DNA of 64,000 bases from Ignavibacteriota bacterium. GTDB taxonomy: Bacteria; Bacteroidota; Ignavibacteria; UBA10030; UBA6906. Of the stretch, positions 33,083-41,263 are shown piece by piece (positions within the stretch are counted from its first letter, which is position 1; every line of letters starts with the position of its first letter). The stretch covers positions 24,954 through 88,953 of the forward strand of contig CAVVZZ010000013.1 of assembly GCA_963752915.1 (NCBI GenBank), given 5' to 3'. The translations under genes and the position numbers were made by a program. The notes below the pieces were generated by a model, which searched no databases, had not been told where the DNA came from, and saw nothing but the letters and a program-made list of their open reading frames with translations.

Positions 33083-35352
33083 GTCGGCTCGCGCAATTGC
33101 TCCGAGGGTTGTTTCGGCAGTCTCAATCGTGACATGGACGAGACGATGTTTCCAGCCCAGCGGTAAACGTTGCGATCCCGAACAACGGCGCGCATCCTCT
33201 GCATCCTTTCCATGCGTTCAGAATGCGGCATAACCACGGCGGAATGGATGGCCTCCGCCACCTCTTCCACATCATAAGGGTTGATGATCAACGCGTCCTG
33301 AAGTTCGCGCGACGCCCCGGTAAACTGACTCAGGATCAGGACGCCGTCTTCATCGTCGCGTGCGGCGATAAACTCCTTTGCGACAAGGTTCATCCCATCG
33401 TGAAGCGAGGTGACCATACAAACCCGGGCGGCCTTGTAGAAGGGTTGAATCGTCTGGTGATCGTGATGCGCCTTAAGAAAGATGATTGGTTTCCAGTCCT
33501 TGATATGAAATCGCCAATTGATCTTGTCGACGGTTTCTTCCACCTCCGCCATCAAATCATGGTATCGCTTGATGTGCGTCCTGCTGGGCGCCCCCAGCTC
33601 CACAAACGTGAATTCCCCGATGTATTTGGGATACTTTTCGAGAAATCGCTCCACGGCCTTGAATCGTTCGACAATCCCCTTGGTATAGTCAACGCGGTCG
33701 ACGCCCACGGCGAGATATGTCGGAAGCGTACCGATCTTACGGAGAACGGCTTCTCGAACCCCCACGGGTTTCGCCGGGGTGTCCAGCGAACTGTCTGCGA
33801 GGCCTGGGAACGCAACGCTGATCGGGAACGGCTTGACGACGGTCCTCGATCCGAGCTTTTCGACGCTGAATTGTTCCCAATTGATCTTGGATTCCAGGAA
33901 GCGATCGACGGTTTCGAGGAAATTGTTGCAGTGGAACTGGATGTGAAACCCGATGAGATCGGCGCCCAGAAGCCCCAGGAGGATCTCCTGCTTCCACGGG
34001 CAGATGCCGAACATCTCCGGGTTCGGCCAGGGGATATGCCAAAAGATTGCGACGCGCGCGTCAGGACGCTTCGATTTGATGAGCAGCGGGAGCAGCGCGA
34101 AATGGTAGTCCTGGACGAGGACGAGCGGCTCGGTCTCATCGGAAATCTGGTCCAGTACGGCCTCGGCAAACTTCTGGTTGACACGCTGGTAATCGACCCA
34201 ATCGTCAAGACGAAAGATTGGTCGCGTATGGGTGATGTGACAGAGCGGCCAAATGCCTTCGTTCGAAAAACCGAAATAATACCCCTCCTCCTCTTCCTTT
34301 GTAATGAAGACCCGTCGGAGAGTGTACCGGGGGTCTTCGGGAGGGACGCGCAGGCATCCCTTCGTATCGGCAAGCTCACGGTCGGCGTCTCCTCCTCCGT
34401 GGGCGATCCACACTCCGCCGCATGCCTGAAGGATCGGATCAATGGCGGTAACAAGTCCGCCGGCAGGAACCATGCATGAGACTGTTCCGCCCTGCCGCAC
34501 ATGCATATACGGCTCGCGATTCGACACCACGATGAGATTCTTCCCGCCCAACTCCTGCCGGACATGTTCCTTCAACCGTTCGGCGGTCCACAGGGATTCC
34601 GCCTCCACGCGCAGTCGTGCTTCCTTCTCCGCGGATGCCCTGGCGGCGGCAAGACTCTTTGCAAGGAGTCGCACCTCCTCGGTCAACGGACCAAGAATAT
34701 CGCCTCTCGCAAACATGGGGGGCTGGCCCGGTTTTCCCATCCGCAAACCCCGCATCCAGGTGGCGACGTTGGCGATAGGTCCGGTGATGCTCCAGCGGAC
34801 GACGACAACTGTGGTCAGAATGAGGACCAATGCGTGTGCGAGAAGACGGATGAAATTCGACTGCCAAATTCCTGTGAGTTGCGCGTCGATATACGAAGCG
34901 TCGTGCTCGATCAGCAAGGCCCCGAGAATCTTCCCATCGAGCTGGAGGGGTGCCGCATAGAAATGTCTCTGTCGGTCGTTCTCCGAAGCCAGGGTCGAGA
35001 TGTTCGCTTCGCGTGAAATGGCTTCGACGACGGGAGGCGGCGTGACGCTGGTATCCAGTGCCATGCCGGGGCTCGCGACGATCAATGCGCCGGTGTTGTC
35101 ATAGACCGCAACGCCGAGCAACCTGTCCCGATTTCCAAAGCGCTCGACAAATTGGTGAAGCCGGTCCGGTGAATTCGCGCTCAGGAGCTCCTTCACCGAT
35201 TCGCGAAGGCCTTGCGCCAAAATGCTTGCACGAACGTCGAGCTCCTGAATCAGGCGATCATTCTCACTCTGCACCTGCAGGTACGAGAATACCGAGGAGA
35301 CGACAGCTGCAGCCAAAACAAGCGAAATGATAAGTCGAAGTGTGATCTTCAT
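33079..35352 (-). CDS. otsA: Trehalose-6-phosphate synthase (GT20) fused to an N-terminal TM / periplasmic sensor-like / TM / HAMP-like region
   Basis: GT20 motifs LIVVSNREPY, WIAHGGGDAD, LVQDYHFALLP, FWHIPWPNPE, GADLIGFH, VGVDRVDYTKGI, VTSLHDGMNLVAKEF, ILSQFTGAS. The N-terminal ~265 aa contain TM1 LRLIISLVLAAAVVSSVF, an extracytoplasmic segment of ~150 aa, TM2 FIRLLAHALVLILTTVVVV, then WSITGPIANVATWMRGL. Confidence 0.85.
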   Translation of the reverse strand: MKITLRLIISLVLAAAVVSSVFSYLQVQSENDRLIQELDVRASILAQGLRESVKELLSANSPDRLHQFVERFGNRDRLLGVAVYDNTGALIVASPGMALDTSVTPPPVVEAISREANISTLASENDRQRHFYAAPLQLDGKILGALLIEHDASYIDAQLTGIWQSNFIRLLAHALVLILTTVVVVRWSITGPIANVATWMRGLRMGKPGQPPMFARGDILGPLTEEVRLLAKSLAAARASAEKEARLRVEAESLWTAERLKEHVRQELGGKNLIVVSNREPYMHVRQGGTVSCMVPAGGLVTAIDPILQACGGVWIAHGGGDADRELADTKGCLRVPPEDPRYTLRRVFITKEEEEGYYFGFSNEGIWPLCHITHTRPIFRLDDWVDYQRVNQKFAEAVLDQISDETEPLVLVQDYHFALLPLLIKSKRPDARVAIFWHIPWPNPEMFGICPWKQEILLGLLGADLIGFHIQFHCNNFLETVDRFLESKINWEQFSVEKLGSRTVVKPFPISVAFPGLADSSLDTPAKPVGVREAVLRKIGTLPTYLAVGVDRVDYTKGIVERFKAVERFLEKYPKYIGEFTFVELGAPSRTHIKRYHDLMAEVEETVDKINWRFHIKDWKPIIFLKAHHDHQTIQPFYKAARVCMVTSLHDGMNLVAKEFIAARDDEDGVLILSQFTGASRELQDALIINPYDVEEVAEAIHSAVVMPHSERMERMQRMRAVVRDRNVYRWAGNIVSSMSRLRLPKQPSEQLREPT

Positions 35353-35403
35353 GCTTCCTGTTCGCTCGGTTGTACCATTCCTTGGTTGCTCCCCAGGCGG
35401 GGG

Positions 35404-36507
35404 TCAGGACAGTGAGGCGGTGGATCTTCTCTGTGTGTTTCCATTCTCCGGGACAGCGTTTCCCTTCACAATGGTCATGGTTGGGAATGCAAAATCGATT
35501 TCCTGTTTTCGAAACGCCGCCAGGATTGCGAAATTGATCGCCTGCTGTATGTCCATGTAGGTATTGAAATCGGGGTCGAGCACGAAATAGACCGTCTCGA
35601 AGATCAGGGCAGAGTCCCCGTACTCTTTAAAGTGTACCCGGTCGAGCCGGGTATGCTCCTGCGACGCAATGGCAGAGCGGATGATCGTGTTGACCGACTG
35701 TAATTTTTCGATGGGCGTGTCGTACGTGACACCGATTGTGAATACGATGCGGCGCTCCGCCATGCGTTTGAAGTTCCGGATGCGGCACTTGAGCAGTTCC
35801 GCGTTCGAAAACACGATTTGTTCCCCGGAAAGGCTGCGGATCCGCGTCGTCTTGATCCCGACATGTTCGATTGAACCGAGGAAATCAGAAGCCACGATGA
35901 AATCTCCGAGCTCGAACGGCTTGTCGAGAATGATCGAGAGAGAAGCAAAAAGGTCGGCAAGGATGTTCTGCGCGGCGAGCGCAACGGCGATTCCCCCGAT
36001 TCCCAAACCCGCAACGAGCGTCGTAACATTGAACCCAAGATTGTCCAGCGCGAGCAGGAGGGTGGACGACCAGAGCACCAGTTTTGCGAAGAAACTGATC
36101 GCCGTGGCGGTTCCTGCCCCGTCATTCGCCCCCGCACCGCCGTGCCCGACGGTTCTCCTGAGCCAGTAATCGATGATCCGATATCCCCAGATGATGCCCT
36201 GGATGAGGACGAAGATGATTGCGGCTTTTTCAATGACGCTCCTGGTCGTGGATGCCAGTCCCAGGATGGAAACACCCAGGTAGAGTGCGATTGCTGCGAG
36301 GGTATACGACCGGGTTTGGGCGATCAACTCAACGATGAGATCGTCGAGCAACGTTTCCGTCTTCCTGGCGTACTCCCCAAAGCGGCGGACCAGGAGGCGC
36401 CGCGCGAGAAGCAGGATCCCTGTGCCGATGACAGCAAACACGACGAGGCCGAACCAGTCTTCGAGGCGGTTGCCGAGATACGTCCCTTCAGGAAAACCCA
36501 TGGACAA
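35404..36507 (-). CDS. Mechanosensitive ion channel, MscS family
   Basis: Several N-terminal TM helices. Core ILADLFASLSIILDKPFELGDFIVASDFLGSIEHVGIKTTRIRSLSGEQIVFSNAEL. Confidence 0.85.
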   Translation of the reverse strand: MSMGFPEGTYLGNRLEDWFGLVVFAVIGTGILLLARRLLVRRFGEYARKTETLLDDLIVELIAQTRSYTLAAIALYLGVSILGLASTTRSVIEKAAIIFVLIQGIIWGYRIIDYWLRRTVGHGGAGANDGAGTATAISFFAKLVLWSSTLLLALDNLGFNVTTLVAGLGIGGIAVALAAQNILADLFASLSIILDKPFELGDFIVASDFLGSIEHVGIKTTRIRSLSGEQIVFSNAELLKCRIRNFKRMAERRIVFTIGVTYDTPIEKLQSVNTIIRSAIASQEHTRLDRVHFKEYGDSALIFETVYFVLDPDFNTYMDIQQAINFAILAAFRKQEIDFAFPTMTIVKGNAVPENGNTQRRSTASLS

Positions 36508-36544
36508 GAACTCGCTTTTGATGTTTCTGCTCTTTCGATTTCTC

Positions 36545-37765
36545 TCAGGTCAAGTGGACGATATCGGCCGGGTGGATCGTCGACAGAAAAAGGAGCATGT
36601 AATCCTTAATATGTCTCGTGATAAGATAGTTGTTCAAGATGTGTTCGTGCCCGTTTTCTCCCAGCCGGGCAGCGAACGAGGGTTCATTGAGTAATTGCTT
36701 GATCCAGTGTGCGGTCCCGTCGATGGAATGCGTCAGGATTCCGGAGTACCGATGGGAGATCTGGAGCGGAATCCCCCCGACCGCTCCGGCGATTACCGGC
36801 CTGCGTTTCCAGAGAGCCTCGGCGACGGTGAGGCCGAATCCCTCCTTTAGGGATTTCTGGAGAATCACCGTCGACCCTCTCTGTAATGCGTTGATGATCA
36901 GATCGCTCGACGGGGGCAGGAAGAGCAGATGGATGTCCGGGTCTTTTGCCGCCTCTGCACGGACCTGTTCCATAATCACCGGTCCTTCCGGGTCGTCCGT
37001 CGCCCCGCCGCCAGCCAGAACGAGCTGGCAGTCCACCCTGCGCCGCGCGCTCCGGTATGCCTTGATGACGCCGACCGGATCTTTCAAATAGTCGAAGCGC
37101 GAAATCTGGGTCACGACAGGACGTGAACGGTCAATGCCGAATTTCTCAAACACCGACTGGATCTCCTCTTCCCGAAGCTCCCGGTTTTTTTCGCTCAACG
37201 GGTCGATCGAAGGAGAAATCAGCACCTGGGGGATTTCCAGCGGACGCGCAAACGCTGGCGCGGAAAAGACTGCGGCATCGTACCGCTTGACATACTCCTC
37301 GATAAAGTACCAGATCTTTCGGTTCGGCCTGGAGAAATCGATATGGCATCTCCATGCCCAGTGACCTTCCTTCCCCCGTCGCGAGGCGATCAGCGCGACG
37401 GGTTGCGGGTCATGGACGAATACCATCTCACTGAAATCCATCTCTTCTGCATTGTCTTTGTTCACGGCGAGAAAATAATCAAGTTCCTCCTCGGAGACAT
37501 CCACGGGTGCGCCGTGGAGCGCGTTGTGGAGTTTCTTTGTGATGACGAAGAACCGTTCGTCGCCCTTGATCACATCCCATCGGGCGCTCACGCCAAGTTC
37601 CTTCATGAGAGGTATCATCCTGCTCAGAATTTCCGCCACGCCTCCCCCGACGGCGGTCGAATTGATATTCTGAATGGTGCGGCCTTTGAGATGGTGTGCT
37701 ATCAACCGCAGGTCATCGATAGCCGCCTGGCCGACGATGGAGGCATACTCCTCAAGCGCGATCAT
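36545..37765 (-). CDS. GT4 glycosyltransferase of the TreT (trehalose glycosyltransferring synthase)-like type
   Basis: N-terminus NINSTAVGGGVAEILSRMIPLMKELGVSARWDVIKGDERFFVITKKLHNALHG resembles TreT as recalled from memory. C-terminal GT-B motif LQKSLKEGFGLTVAEALWK. Confidence 0.6.
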   Translation of the reverse strand: MIALEEYASIVGQAAIDDLRLIAHHLKGRTIQNINSTAVGGGVAEILSRMIPLMKELGVSARWDVIKGDERFFVITKKLHNALHGAPVDVSEEELDYFLAVNKDNAEEMDFSEMVFVHDPQPVALIASRRGKEGHWAWRCHIDFSRPNRKIWYFIEEYVKRYDAAVFSAPAFARPLEIPQVLISPSIDPLSEKNRELREEEIQSVFEKFGIDRSRPVVTQISRFDYLKDPVGVIKAYRSARRRVDCQLVLAGGGATDDPEGPVIMEQVRAEAAKDPDIHLLFLPPSSDLIINALQRGSTVILQKSLKEGFGLTVAEALWKRRPVIAGAVGGIPLQISHRYSGILTHSIDGTAHWIKQLLNEPSFAARLGENGHEHILNNYLITRHIKDYMLLFLSTIHPADIVHLT

Positions 37766-38393
37766 ACTTCCTCACCAGTTTGATAATCGTGTTCCTCAGA
37801 CCTTCCAGGGTGTAGGTATACGGGTCCAGATTCTGGAGGACTTCCGCCAGCTCCTGAAAACCGTTGTCCCGGAACCAGATGGTGAAATCATTTCTGCCAA
37901 GTTCCGGCCTGAGCCGTGCATCGAACATATGATAGTAGAGCGAACTGATGCTCACCTTGCCCAGGACGTCGCAGAACTCCGCCAACGAGGTCGCACTGTA
38001 GGGTGTGGGGAGGGTAAACGTCCGGCATGCCATGAAATGAAATTCCTCCCCCTGAACGCTGTCGACAAAATGGTTGGAGCCTGCGATGTAATGATCGAGT
38101 ACCTGGAGCAGGCGCTCCCGGATTTCCTCAATCGTCTGACATTGTATCACGTCGATACTTGTCAACTGCTCCCCAAGCGGATCGTCGTTGAGAACGTTCG
38201 TCACCCAGTACGCAAAGTCGTTCGGTGGTTCGGGAGAAAGATAGTGGTGCTGCTCAAGAAACCGGTGGGTATGGTAATAGACGGACATTGCAGGAACTTC
38301 GCTGATTCCTTCCGCGAGTTCCGAGGCGTTCCTGGCTTTTCGTCCCAGGAGTAGAGTCTGGTCGTGTTTTGTCGTGAACAAGAACGGAGTCAT
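37752..38393 (-). CDS. Conserved hypothetical protein (DUF5752-like, recalled as a frequent TreT neighbour)
   Basis: 213-aa ORF overlapping the downstream GT4 gene by 14 nt. No catalytic motif recognised. Confidence 0.4.
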   Translation of the reverse strand: MTPFLFTTKHDQTLLLGRKARNASELAEGISEVPAMSVYYHTHRFLEQHHYLSPEPPNDFAYWVTNVLNDDPLGEQLTSIDVIQCQTIEEIRERLLQVLDHYIAGSNHFVDSVQGEEFHFMACRTFTLPTPYSATSLAEFCDVLGKVSISSLYYHMFDARLRPELGRNDFTIWFRDNGFQELAEVLQNLDPYTYTLEGLRNTIIKLVRKYDRA

Positions 38394-39018
38394 CGTTCCC
38401 CCTTCGTCTCACTTCCGCCGTCGCAATCGAAGGCGAGTTGGTGCCGGAAATAAATACGGATCCGGTGACAGAGACTTCCTTTGAAGAATACGCAGTGTCA
38501 GTGCGACTTACGCACAAGGTGGTGAACGGTCCGACGAAAGAGAGCGGGGAAGAATGAGTGTACAGCACATGGGTGCGAATTCGAGGCCAATCCCAGGAGG
38601 GTGGATGGGATGGTGTCCTGCAAAGACTATCTCAGCATGAGGTTGCTCGATGCCTGACCTCACGAGTGGGAGATGCCTGTGACTATTCAAGCCCGGAAGC
38701 GGGAGAGCTGTGTGCGACGACCCGCGACTCCCCACGACTGCAAACGAATGATTCCCGAAGTATTCCTGAGACTTGAGAATCGACGTATTTGCTGTGGTCG
38801 AATACGTGCAGAGAAGGGCGCAAATAACGAGTTTTGAAGTTCGGTTCATTATTCTTCTACAAGCTAGCATTCTAAGGAAGAATGTCAACGAGACAATCAT
38901 ACAAACTCGCGGGAAAGCCCCATCCGGGGAAGAACGACCAATTGATTCTGCCACAAACTCTCAGTATTTTCCGTGCGTCCCTTTCCGTCCCGCTCATATC
39001 ACCACCTCGGTGTCCACC

Positions 39019-41244
39019 ATGTGCCTTTCGTCGGTCCGCAGTCGATCCGTAATCACGAGTCTCATGCTTCTCCTGCTTGTTGGTTCCGCTCCTGCCCAGG
39101 AGAAGAAACCGCTCACGTTTGAGCAGATTTATCGGAACGGAGAACCCCGGCTGACAAAACCGGTCCCCTTTGTTGTGGGGTGGGCTGATGACCAGCATTA
39201 TCTCCTCGCCAAAGGCCGGGGTGAAGGTGTGGTCTCCGTCGATGTGTCCACTGGAACAGAAACCCCGTATCATGATCTTACGCAGTTTAAGTCCATCGTT
39301 GACTCCACCGTGAATTTGAACGCGCCTGCGTCGGCGACCGAAGACTATAGTATTCTCGCTTACGAGAAGGGAGGCGACATCTACCTTCTCGATACCAAGG
39401 CGCGCACCTTCCGCCAGCTCACGAAGACGGCGGCCGAGGAGAAGAACCCTACGGTTTCTCCCGACGGTAAGTATGTCGCCTTCACCCGTGACAATAATCT
39501 CTATGCGATGGCATGCGGTTCCGGAAAGGAAACGCAGCTCACAAAGGATGGCTCCGATGTCGTCTATAATGGTTGGGCCTCGTGGGTCTACTACGAGGAA
39601 ATCCTCGGCCGTCCGTCCCGGTATCGTGCATTCTGGTGGTCGCCCGATAGCCGAACCATCGCGTTCTATCGCTTCGATGATTCACGCGTTCCAGTGTTCG
39701 ATCTGTTCAACGCCGATGAGCAGCACGGTTCAATGGAAAAAACGCGCTATCCCGAGTCCGGCGATCCGAATCCGGAGGTCAGGGTCGGGACAGTCTCGCC
39801 CGATGGCGGAGATGTCCATTGGGCGGATTTCAATCCGGCGGACGACCAGTATTTTGGGATGCCGTTTTGGACCCCGGACAGCAAGTCACTCTGGGTTCAA
39901 TGGATGCCACGGAGCCAGAAGGACCTGAAGATTTATGCTGTCAATCCCTCCACGGGAGCAAAGAAGGAGGTTTACGATGAACGCCAGGCATCATGGGTGG
40001 AGTGGTTTGAAACCATAGGGTTTCTGAAAAACGGCAAAGGGTTCATCCTGAAGTCGGACAAGGACGGATGGATGCATCTCTATTTCTACGCCATGGATGG
40101 GGCCCTTCGAAAGAGACTGACAGAGGGAGATTGGAGTGTCACCGGGGTGGATGCCGTGAATGAACAGCGCGGTGAAGTGTTCTTCTCAGCCCGGAAAGAG
40201 AACTCGACGCGGATCGATCTCTATCGCGTTTCGCTGGAGGGCGCGGACCTCACGCGATTGACGTTCGGAGAATATACGCATTCGGTGAAGGTCTCTCCGA
40301 GCGGAAAGTATTTTGTCGCATCCTATTCCAACGTCTCGACCCCCACGAAGGTTGCGTTGTGTGATCGTGACGGCAAAACCCTCAAAGAATTGGGAGACAG
40401 CAAAACGCCCGCACTGGATGAATATGATGTCGCGAAAACCGAGTTGTTCCGCGTGACGACGCCGGATGGCTTCGCGCTCCCGGTGACCTGGACGCTCCCC
40501 ACCCAGTTCGACCCCCAGAAGAAATATCCCGTTCTTATCTCGATCTACGGCGGACCGAATGCCGGCACGGTTTACGACCGCTGGGGAGGCATTGGCAATC
40601 AATGGCTGGCCGAAGAAGGGGTCATCCAGGTTTCGATGGACCATCGTGGGTCGGGACATTTCGGGAAGAAGGGCGTCGCACTGATGTACCGTTGTCTCGG
40701 GAAATGGGAGATGCAGGACTATAGTGAAGTAGTGAAATGGCTCCGGACAAAACCGTTCGTCGACAGCACGCGTGTCTGCATCACGGGTGGGAGTTATGGA
40801 GGATATGTCACCTGCATGGCGCTGACAGCAGGCGCGGACTATTTCAATTACGGCGTCGCCGATTTCTCGGTCACTGACTGGAAATTGTACGATACCCACT
40901 ACACCGAACGGTACATGGACACGCCGGAAGAAAATCCCGAAGGATACAAAGCCGGTGCCGTGCTGACCTATGTGGACAAATACATAGGCGTGCTCTTGAT
41001 CAATCACGGGACGCTCGACGACAATGTCCACATGCAGAACAGTATCCAACTTCTCAGCGCGCTCGAAAATCTGGGGAAGCACTTCGAATTTATGGCGTAC
41101 CCCAACGAACGACACGGCTGGGGCGGTCCGAAGGCCACATTCCTCCGGAATGAAACGATGAGATTCTATTATCAATACTTGATACGCAAGCCGTTCCCGG
41201 GGGAGCTTTTCAGCAAACCGGGAATCGGCCGCCGACCGTTCTGA
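39019..41244 (+). CDS. Dipeptidyl-peptidase IV family serine peptidase (S9B), secreted
   Basis: ORF 38773..41244 with the likely ATG at 39019 (MCLSSVRSRSVITSLMLLLLVGSAPAQ). Catalytic triad contexts ITGGSYGGYV, HGTLDDNVHMQN, YPNERHGW. Confidence 0.85.
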   Translation: MCLSSVRSRSVITSLMLLLLVGSAPAQEKKPLTFEQIYRNGEPRLTKPVPFVVGWADDQHYLLAKGRGEGVVSVDVSTGTETPYHDLTQFKSIVDSTVNLNAPASATEDYSILAYEKGGDIYLLDTKARTFRQLTKTAAEEKNPTVSPDGKYVAFTRDNNLYAMACGSGKETQLTKDGSDVVYNGWASWVYYEEILGRPSRYRAFWWSPDSRTIAFYRFDDSRVPVFDLFNADEQHGSMEKTRYPESGDPNPEVRVGTVSPDGGDVHWADFNPADDQYFGMPFWTPDSKSLWVQWMPRSQKDLKIYAVNPSTGAKKEVYDERQASWVEWFETIGFLKNGKGFILKSDKDGWMHLYFYAMDGALRKRLTEGDWSVTGVDAVNEQRGEVFFSARKENSTRIDLYRVSLEGADLTRLTFGEYTHSVKVSPSGKYFVASYSNVSTPTKVALCDRDGKTLKELGDSKTPALDEYDVAKTELFRVTTPDGFALPVTWTLPTQFDPQKKYPVLISIYGGPNAGTVYDRWGGIGNQWLAEEGVIQVSMDHRGSGHFGKKGVALMYRCLGKWEMQDYSEVVKWLRTKPFVDSTRVCITGGSYGGYVTCMALTAGADYFNYGVADFSVTDWKLYDTHYTERYMDTPEENPEGYKAGAVLTYVDKYIGVLLINHGTLDDNVHMQNSIQLLSALENLGKHFEFMAYPNERHGWGGPKATFLRNETMRFYYQYLIRKPFPGELFSKPGIGRRPF

Positions 41245-41263
41245 ACTCCACCATGAGAACCTC

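Noticed and set aside
33223-34479. 418-aa plus-strand ORF, and the 337-aa minus-strand ORF 33552..34565
   Set aside because: The 418-aa ORF is antisense to the clearly motif-bearing otsA gene and the 337-aa ORF reads it out of frame. Their compositions are Arg/Pro/Ser-rich, typical of shadow ORFs in GC-rich DNA.
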